A stretch of 59,688 nt of DNA, counting the filler, from Sphacelaria rigidula (lineage: Eukaryota): NCBI GenBank assembly GCA_964200075.2. It is 9 parts of 9 records of this genome, joined end to end, with 100 filler letters (N's around TTAATTAATTAA, not from the genome) between each part and the next. Parts side by side here need not be neighbours in the genome. Positions count along the whole stretch, not along the records: positions 46,504 to 53,046 come from CAXNAA020019450.1; positions 53,147 to 59,688 come from CAXNAA020019451.1; 7 more parts are not named here. One strand, given 5' to 3'. The position numbers and the translations under genes are program-made. Below the pieces are notes generated by a model. That model was not told the DNA's origin, made no database searches, and saw only the letters and a program-made list of their open reading frames with translations. This document shows, piece by piece, positions 50,681-59,688 of this stretch (the stretch's first letter is position 1; each line of letters begins with the position of its first letter).

Positions 50681-51009
50681 CAAAGAAAATTCCTCTGCCA
50701 CATGGCTTCGGTGGAAAAGGTCTTGCGCAGAACCAAACTCATAACCGGTCGTAGAAAATCATGTCCATCAACTACCCTTATTTTCCGTGTATATGTGCCA
50801 TTTCGACTGCCGGGTTGTCATGACCTGTGGCCTGTAGGTTCAAGCGGGGCGAATGAAAGCTTTGCCATGCCCCAACCCCTCGACCCATTTTCCGAAATAC
50901 CCTGTCTTCATAACCGTACCGACTCTTGGAGGAGACTGGCCACGCCTCAGTAGCGTTTGTGTTTTTTGTACATCTGACCTGAAATATTCCTCCTGAACCG
51001 CATTTTCAA

Positions 51010-51049
<40 letters not shown>

Positions 51050-51076
51050 CTCCCCTGCACGCGTATCCTCTCACAG

Positions 51077-51260
51077 CACACCAACGGCCCCTCAGTCGCT
51101 GGTCGTACGACCGTCACGTCCCACCAGAGTAGGCCGGGTACCGCATCAAAAAGCGAGGGCAGCGCAGGAGGTACAACAAGTAATCACAATCCAGTCAGCC
51201 GAGGTGACAGTCGTGCCAGCGGCCGATCCGGGGCAGTTTCAGAGATGGGAGGACAGTCGG
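51077..51260 (+). CDS. HYDIN: HYDIN-like gene, low-complexity exon
   Basis: (GTCCCT)n tract + cacag acceptor, GTAAG donor, phase 1 matches the next exon. Confidence 0.65.
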
Positions 51261-51674
51261 GTAAGCTAATTTCCATAGCCGCGATGTTTTTAGCCCTTTG
51301 ATCACGAGCACAAGGAACGCTTGATTTGTGGTTGACAGTCAAGTCATCAACCAATCAATCAATCAACCGACCAACCAACCAACCAACCAATCAACCAGTA
51401 TTTCAAAACAAAGATAGTTGACTCTAGAACATAATTTACGACTAATATCTACGGATGCCGTCATACGATGTCGATACTAAAATATACTCCGGAGTATAAA
51501 AATATCGTTCAAACCCACCCTGACGGATTGAAATAAACATTGCTCAACATTTCCATTTTATCTTCACTCTGTGTCTACTCATGTTGCTCCGAATTTGAAA
51601 ATAGTATCATCTTACAAAAAAAAAAAGGTAACCAGATCATGAACTCACATCGACTGAACAAATTCCAACTCCAG

Positions 51675-51868
51675 CAGCTGAAGCTCGTGCGGCCACCGCG
51701 GGAGCGGTAGGCGCCACGGGAAACGCGGGGGCGGGTATGAGTCTTGCGGGGAGCGGCGGTGGGAAAGATGCCGGCCTTTACGTTGTCGCCCGGCACGTGG
51801 CGGACTTCGGCAATGTTGTCCTCGGCTTCACCAAAAAGAAGACCTTCCGTGTGTTCAACGCCGGTAAA
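51675..51868 (+). CDS. HYDIN: HYDIN-like axonemal central-pair protein, exon
   Basis: YVVARHVADFGNVVLGFTKKKTFRVFNAGK, an ASH/Ig-like 'DFG.V..G......F...N.G' motif; ccag and GTGAG sites. Confidence 0.8.
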
Positions 51869-52371
51869 GTGAGAGCTTTAGTGAAGAAACAATCAATGCT
51901 CACCAGCCGGCATTTCCCTGAGCCACTTCGCCCATTCCGTGACCCACGCGTGCAGTTGTTGTCTCTTCACTGGTCCACGCTTGCAGCTAGCCCATTTCGT
52001 GGCCCGTACCCGTTCGTTGAATAGGCCTCTGTTGTGAATAAACAGTTCAAGATTCCGCCCGCAGCGAAATAGTTCGATAGCTGGAATGTCTGTGAATTGT
52101 TATTCTTACGGTAGATCGTTCACCCCGTAATCGTGCCCAGTAACCAATTCCCGTGTAGCGCGTCGGGAGGGAGAGGCACTGTTTACTGTTTAGACTGGAA
52201 CATCAACCCTCACCCTCGCGCCAAACCAAGCCATGATGTTCAACCACCAAAACCTCGGGTCTCCAAACTAACTACATTGATTTTCCCCCCAACCTACCGG
52301 AATGTTTTTCTCTCGATCTTCGATCGCGGTCCCCGGCTTCTACCATCTGTCCGATCGTTGTGCGACCTTAG

Positions 52372-52499
52372 CTAGGACCGGTGTCATGGTCTTTCGATAA
52401 GAATACACTCGCAGGGTCCGGATATTCCATCGATCCAGAAAAAGTAGTACGTCTGCCTGAGGGGGCCAACGCGTCATTTTCGGCATCTTTTCAGGCCAG
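52372..52499 (+). CDS. HYDIN: HYDIN-like gene, exon
   Basis: LGPVSWSFDKNTLAGSGYSIDPEKVVRLPEG continues the Hydin-type 'PVSF..DK..L...GFS.....V..LP' pattern; GTGAG donor. Confidence 0.8.
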
Positions 52500-53046
52500 G
52501 TGAGCAAGCAACCGCGTTGTCGAGCACAATATTTTAATAATTCAAGTGTGTGTGGGGGTTATGAATGTGACTACCCAAATCAGGGGTCATTTTCCGATCC
52601 ATGCCAGCCAACGCAAGAACGCCAATGTCGGCACTTCCACTCAGGTGCTGGCCGCCCTCCGCCTTCACCACGTGGTCAATAGACGATCGAATTGTGAAGG
52701 GTTATCAGGGAGGGTGGAGTACAATTCACGTGGTGAGCAGTTTCATGGAACTGCTGACACGTTCTGCGGCTGCCCCCCTCGAAAAAGTGGCTGATTTTGG
52801 GAGGCAAAATCTAGACGTGAATCGAAATGAAAAAAGCCAAGCACAACGAGCAGCTGGGAATTCCCACGCTTGGGTTGGTTTTCGCCAATGTCGCCCATTA
52901 TGACGCGCTTCATGCAGCCTGATACCAAACATCAGGCACTGTATGTGACCATTTTCCTCCCGAAAGTTTTGGGTGTTTTTTTTTTTGGGGGGGGGGGGGG
53001 TTTTCTGGAAAGGGTTCGTCTGTTTTTATGGGTTGAAAATATCTTA

Positions 53047-53146
53047 NNNNNNNNNNNNNNNNNNNNNNNNNNNNNNNNNNNNNNNNNNNNTTAATTAATT
53101 AANNNNNNNNNNNNNNNNNNNNNNNNNNNNNNNNNNNNNNNNNNNN
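53047..53146. other. Artificial contig linker
   Basis: N44-TTAATTAATTAA-N44. Confidence 0.98.
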
Positions 53147-53157
53147 CCCCTCCGAAT

Positions 53158-53425
53158 GTGGTGAGACATCCACGCGGCAGTTCGTAACCTGTGACTACCT
53201 CTGGAAATGGCAATGCCAGAAAATGAAGCATTTGAGGCTCTTATCCATATGCAAGATAATTTGTACGCTTCGGGCCGACTCGCCGCACACATCACGGCGT
53301 TTCGCGCTTGGTGATTGCGAACCTGGTCCAGCGGAAACCCAACGAGCTCCGTCCCGGCTTTGTAGGGGTGTGAGGTTAATGGTGTTCCGACTACGGCATG
53401 CAACATCATGAGTACATACACCCCC
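53158..53425 (+). mobile_element. Repeat family D, truncated copy
   Basis: gtcccggctttgtagggg...ggcatgcaacatcatgagtac then C-run. Confidence 0.8.
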
Positions 53426-54502
53426 TGGATGCTGTACCACCCCCATGATGACTTTCGGGTCCCAACATGTTAGCGCCCGGGGGTCGTGTACAAAGGATCC
53501 GCGGTATGCAGTGCGGTTGTTCGTATCTCGATTTCTATGTTCGAGTTCTTCCGCGAGGATGAATCCGATTCATTCCTAATCAAACAGGTATTCTTTTTGC
53601 CGCTTGGATACTGAATTGTACTCTAGCAAACAGGCTTCTGGGGGGGGGAGCGGGGGGCGGGTTAGTTGTTTCTCGTGAAGAGATGCTGCCGTGCGTTATA
53701 CTTTGAAGTATTTGTTTTTGCATAGTAAGGCGCAGCCAGCAGCATATTGCCGTGTCATGTGTGTACGCCACACAACAGGTTCATGTATGCACGAAAAGGA
53801 CTTGCGCTCTACTTCATGGCTCAGTGCTGCTGAACACAACTTGCCCAAAACCTGAGTTTTTGCTGTCACTAATGCCCCCATGTTTATCAAGAGTACGCGT
53901 CCTCTCACAAAAAAACCTCCTCCGAAACCTCGTGGGACAGCTACCAAACGAAGTACCGAAACAACGGTTATGAGCAATTGAAAAGTTCACCGGCAAGTTT
54001 CGAACCGGTCTAATTTTCGTGAGATGCATCTAGGCCTCGGATGATGGGGAGAAACGATCACATCTACAAAATTCTTTGTGTTATATCCTGCCTGGTCCTC
54101 GTTCCTCCTCACCCGTTGATCGTATGGGAGTGTAAGGAGGAGAGGTAAGGCACCCTGGATCCTTTGCCCTGATTCGCTTCCCCCACGCTTGCCTGTAATG
54201 CCAACCTTACCCTGTAATGTGGGGTATTCGATGTTTTCAAGTGTAATCCACAACGTACAAGTCGAATCCTAACCTGAACCGGACTCGAACGTGAATTCTC
54301 AATCCTAGTGTAAGATGAGCAGTAGGTGGTATACCCGTGGAAGATGCAGGTAAAGTACAGCTACGAATAATTCCTTCAGAGTGACGGGTGTACGTTGGAT
54401 AAGTGACCAGCCTGCACTGTGGGGCAACCCAACCCCCACCCCATTCGCCCCGATCATCGTCACCCCAAGCCCTACTTCGTTACGCTAATGTGAATATGTC
54501 AG

Positions 54503-54610
54503 GTGTCGTTGATGCTCTTCACTGCTGACGCGGAGGCTGATCGGTGGCTGTGCTGCGCGTTGGTGCCCAACTCGAAGGTCTCCAAGAAGAACACAAGCAA
54601 ATGGGTGCAG
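54503..54610 (+). CDS. AARS: Alanyl-tRNA synthetase C-terminal DHHA1 region, penultimate exon
   Basis: VSLMLFTADAEADRWLCCALVP...SKWVQ; tcag and GTGAG sites, phase 0. Confidence 0.7.
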
Positions 54611-57447
54611 GTGAGGACGAGGGAGAAACGTGTGCACGTGAGAGAACATATTTGTCGGCAGCAGCAACTACTCCTGTACCGTTGTAGCGCCGGCGCGGCT
54701 GAGCACATACCCAGCCCAGAGACGAGACTTTCTAGCAACGACATGACCCCTTGGGCGCCAGACCTACTTGTGGAACAATGTTTCTGGCTGACCTGTGACC
54801 CGGTTATCCCGACTCCACAGCTGAGCAGCTCCCCTTGCTGCGAGCACCGTCCCAATGATGGGAACTCGTGTGTTCCGCAGTATCCAGCCCTTGGGCCTTG
54901 AAAACTTGATCGATCAAATACTGCATGTACGATCACATATTCCCAGTGGTCGATCTGGGGTATCTGGCGCCTAAGAGGTCAAGTCTCCTTGTTCTTTATG
55001 CTCTAAGGTCCACTAAGAAGAATGTCGGCAAAATGGCTGTTCAGTAGAGGGCAATAAGTGACACCTGTGTCGTGGGCAGCACGTGCTGATGGGTGGTAGC
55101 TCCACTGCTCTACTGTCGAACACTATATAAACGCGAAGAGGAACTGGCAGATGTTTCCATCGGCCTTCTATATTTTGGTTTTGATCTCAGAGGTTCTCGA
55201 GGAGGACACCGACATGTTGGATGGTTGTAAGGACAAGAGGAGAATCTACGACATAGCGCCGCAGGGTAGCAGTCTGTTGGAGTTTGTTTGTCCAACGGCA
55301 GATGAACGACACAGGATGGCTGGTGAGGACAAGAGAAAAAATTGGTGTGGGCGAGGACAGAGCATGGTCGTGTCACACATGGAGTGGCAGCGAAATATTG
55401 TTACTGGCGTGATTCCATTGCGACGCAGACGTACAATGCACATGACCGAGGGAAGGTTTAGTTTGCAAAAACCAAGCCTTGACGTTCTCGATGGGACGTC
55501 TCGAGGTCTCCAGAACAAAGAACAGCAATAATTGATGGGTCCAGTAAGGACAACGAGAAATGTGGTTTGAATGTTTCAGAGGGCTTGAGGTCGACCCCAG
55601 GAAAAAATTAGGAAAAAAGTAATACCGAAACGGAAGTAGGGCCAGTGCTACAGCATCAACCTTCACATTTTCCCTTTCAGGGCTGTGATCAGCTGCAACA
55701 TCTCGGAAAGGACTGTACGGTGCACTGCTTCATTGTCGCTGTCTCACTGCGGCACATGGTATGCGGTATTTATAGAGTGTGGTGCGGGACGGCACGATAC
55801 GACACGGCACGGGGTAATATTATGTTGTGTCGGTTTCGCCCGATATCATGATATTCATGCGGTTTTGCGAAACTGAGTACACTACGGTAAGGGGTCGGAC
55901 GACTACGGTACATCCCGCGGTGAAATGAGAAAAAAACTGCGGTTAGCACGCCCACCGGAAACGTGGGTGCCCAACGCGGTGATTGTGGTTGTCGCCATTC
56001 CTTGACTATCACTATATACTGCAATGCTCCTGAGTAAACCACAAGGAACATGACGAAGAGTAGGCAGTAGGCACGGCATGGAAACGAAGAGAGCTGCAGT
56101 ACACCACGTACAACTGTTGTGTCGTGCCACCGTTTCGAACGAAAGAACTGCCCACGCTGCAGCGTACTGTACCGCACATGCCCAAGTTCATCGCTTGATC
56201 GATTTGCTTCCCCCCCCCCCCCCCCGAGATTGTACCAATGTGTGTTCAGCAGTACTTTGCGACCGCGTGTGAATAAAATTTTGGAATAGATGAAATGTGA
56301 ATGGTACACTACCCTCCAAAATAGACTAGTCTAGTGCTCGCTGTATATGGGCGGTTCATATTGAAGATAACGAGATACTGTACACTTGGTCACTCCGACA
56401 GGAGGGCACAGAAAACACTTCACGTACGTGATGTGTCGGGATTAGCTCGTTTTGTTTTGATATCACAGATACCCCTGAGCTGAACAGTAGTCGCTGACTG
56501 TTTATCTCCGGGGTATCTAACATCTTACCGACGTGCACAACGTTAGAACGTACAGGAAAGAAACGATCACCCTAAATGTCACGTATAAATCGTGCTACCG
56601 ATGCGAGGAAACGGAGTTCGAAACGGACATACCAGCACATGTATGTTAACATGGACTGATTTTACTCACAGCGTTTATCCATACTATTCTGAAGCTGGGT
56701 CGTTGACATTTGAGCGCGATGTACCGTAACACGAATGTGAGACGAATGCGAACGACGAAATAAAGAATTAAGAACAGATGCAAATATCCGGACGATAGGA
56801 TTTCTTCGCCGTTTTTTCACGGCTTCGATTACCCGTACATCGCTGAACATTTTTTCTTCAACTACCCCACACTACGTATCTAGTGCATCTTTCGGCGCTA
56901 TTTTCCTCATTTCTTGTGAGCACGGTCGCACTCGTCATGTCCCCCCGGAAAAAAGACGAAATATTTCGTCGGCACAGGTTTGTAACAAAAAAAAACAGAA
57001 AGGAAGAGCGGGTGGATTCACACTCCGTGCCCAACTATTGTTGACTTCATCCTTCATTCTTTAACATTGCCTCCAGGCCGCAACCTCACCGGCTCCAAGA
57101 AGTTCTGGTGGTGTGTTGTGCGGTTTGTGGTGCGGCAAATGTGATCAGCTGAACGGTATATTTGTTATGCCAGGGACTGAGTCGCTGAGCTGTGTCTGTG
57201 TTCGATGCATGCCGGATTCCACAAATTTGTGCGGTGGCGCGGGGAGTATCTAAACACTACGATGCGCTGCATGAAAATCACAGCGATAAAAACACCCAAG
57301 ACAGCCCTTTCCCCCCCCCTCTCGGTCGTTTTGTTCACATGCTCATCTCTGCGGAGCTACGTGCGCACTCGGCCTGCGCTCGTGTTCTTACATGGCTTGT
57401 TTCCTTCAGCGTGCACCGGTTCATATGATACTGTACTGAAACTTTAA

Positions 57448-57742
57448 GCCGCACTCCGGGGGTGTAAATTAAAATGGTCCGACTGACACCATTAGGGTAA
57501 AGATAACGTGGGTTCGATTCCCACCAGACGCGTCGGTTTTTTTCTTCCACGTATCTGATTTCCATCGTCCAGACAAAAAGTAGATGACCGAGTTCGTTTG
57601 ACTGAAGTAGACGCGGTTCGGGAGTGCTGATAGTCATGACCCAATCCAGGAGATCAAAATGCAAGGCGTGTGCTGGAGAGAGATGGGTAGAGCTCTTGAG
57701 ACAATGGACTCGTCCCGAGGAAGGGGAGGGGTCTAGAGTGTG
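57448..57742 (+). mobile_element. SINE family B, diverged copy
   Basis: ggttcgattccc B box; aaaatgcaaggcgtgt...cttgagac...gaaggggagggg shared with the other copies. Confidence 0.75.
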
Positions 57743-57846
57743 ACTGACATGAGGGGAAGTGGATGGAGGAGCTGAACCTACCCTTCTTGCACTTTATTTG
57801 TCCTTCTTGGTTGTCGTGCTGTGTTGGTGCTGTCTGCAATATTAAG

Positions 57847-57972
57847 GCTGCTTTGGATGCCTCTGGCAAAGGAGGCAAGGGCGGAGGCAAGGGCGACCGT
57901 GCCCAGGGAGTGAGTCAGGGGGTGGACATACTTGACAAGGCTATGGAAGCGGCGAGAACCGCGACATACTGA
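57847..57972 (+). CDS. AARS: Alanyl-tRNA synthetase, last exon
   Basis: AALDASGKGGKGGGKGDRAQG...TY-stop carries the DHHA1 GGKGGG..AQG signature; in phase with 54503-54610. Confidence 0.8.
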   Translation, partial: AALDASGKGGKGGGKGDRAQGVSQGVDILDKAMEAARTATY

Positions 57973-59688
57973 TCATCCACGCTACAGCTTCTGATCGGAG
58001 TGATGAGTCGCCGCTTGGTAGTGATGCGGTGCGCTTGCCCCCGTCATGACCAAAGGAACGAAGCTATTTGATGAAACATGTTGTCATGCGGTCATCGTCA
58101 TCAATCACCGCGGCATACGTATCATGTGCTACTATATACCCGGTATATCTATATATATATTGTGGTGGATTAGTGCCTGTCGGATGATGAATACCGCAAC
58201 GTACTGAATACGGCCTTCTTCTACAGGCATAATGATCAACTTCCGTCATATTGGTGGAAGTGCGCGTCGTGATCACCGTGTACGAGAAGGGGCGGATAGG
58301 GAAAAGAGTTACCGTTGGTACCCTTGTCGCGGCATTTACGAAGATTTTAAACTTTCTCCCGAGTGTATTTTTTAGCAAGCCCTGGGTCAACTAGTGTACT
58401 GTGATTATGATGCATTTGGAAAATATCGGCGCGGTAGGTGAGGGGACAATTTGCATGCCTTCCGAGAGTGCCAGTAGGAGCAACGTTATAGTGCTGATAG
58501 CCCCACTCCCGTGCGTCTCGAAACTGCCGTATGTTCCGAGAGGAAGTTGAAACTTGAAACATTTGCTTCTCGTGAATGATGTCCAGTTGCCTTGTCCTCC
58601 CATAGCAAAGACCACAAGTCGACATTTGGACATGATGTGGTTGACGTTGTTGTCGTCGTCATGGGTCACGAGAGGAAAGAGCACGGGGAAGCGCGAGCTA
58701 GAACGGTCGGGGTATTCGTCGACGACCAGTTTTTGCGCGGAGATTTTGTTGCATGTGGGGGCTCGGAAACTTCTGCTGTGCTGTTGCTATACACAGCCGT
58801 ATAGTTTTTTTACTAAACTGCCACATGAGGAGGCATTCAGGGAATGTGTTCGTAGTATAAGATATGTTTTTTGCTGTTGGTTTGCTTCCAACACGATGAA
58901 TCAACTATGTACCCGTGTAGAAATTAGTTTTTTACAGAGATGGACGGCCGTCGCACCCACGACTTCCTTCGTTCCATTTCTCCACCCCGCTACCTTGATT
59001 ATTCGGGGGAATCTCGTTGAAAGTCCAATCATTCCAGTCACTGCACGTCGTGACGCACTCCGTCACGGTGTCGGGCGCGGATTTGTGACACACAATAGGC
59101 GTCCAACGCTGTTAGGTTTGGGTTCACGTCTTCTAGAGTTCCCCCGATCAAAAGCTGATGTAAACAAGTGAGACACTAAACAGCAATACTTCCTCTGTCC
59201 CATAAGTCTGTACAGTTATGGACGCTTGATCGTTTGGGTATTTCGACGTTGACAATCATCCTACAATTGGGTTCGTTAGAGGGATAACGCGCAGACGAAG
59301 CTGACTCAGAAAAAGAAAATAAAACAACTTGTTTTCAATCATAAAATAGGTTGAAACATACCCCATTTTGACCCTTTTTGGTCCCCACTTATACCCCACT
59401 ATTGACCGATTTTGGACGTGTTCACGTCGAGCAGTAGCGATTACATGCTGAAAAGTTAACTTCACGGAGATATCCAAACCAGTGGTGGTTTCGCGGTTTT
59501 CACATTTCCCCCCCGATTTTTCGCGATTCCCAGGTCTGCTATGCTTTACTGGGAAGAAAAGGCAAAACATGGCCATATTTTGACAGACCCACTTTTTCCC
59601 GGTCGCGAGGCTGCACGGGTCAAAACAGCCAATCATCTATGTTGAGGATGGTGCTTTTGATTGAGGATGAGAACCCGGAGGATTAAAA

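Noticed and set aside
58391..58740. Minus-strand ORF converging on the AlaRS gene
   Set aside because: No convincing splice acceptor or recognisable motif

Overview
Eukaryotic, intron-rich, repeat-rich DNA; brown alga or a related stramenopile is an inference from gene content and style. It is not one locus: nine size-sorted contigs (6544, 6544, six of 6543, 6542 bp) are joined by artificial 100-nt N44-TTAATTAATTAA-N44 linkers, so adjacency across linkers means nothing. Recognisable gene fragments are exons of a ferric reductase-type membrane protein, a BRCA2-like protein with at least 12 BRC repeats, a soluble FAD fumarate reductase, HYDIN, the C-terminus of alanyl-tRNA synthetase, and an unknown membrane protein. 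Mobile DNA includes a full-length decayed chromodomain-bearing Ty3/gypsy element, a decayed IS630/Tc1-like transposase, a LINE RT fragment, two tRNA-headed SINE families, several short retroposon families and MITE/foldback elements. Best leads: (1) an abundant ~520-bp non-coding element that is truncated from one end only, sits in G/C runs, has a permuted terminal repeat and shows a covarying RNA structure; (2) two separately expanded classes of BRC repeat; (3) a length-conserved 42-43-bp array next to a 138-bp palindrome.
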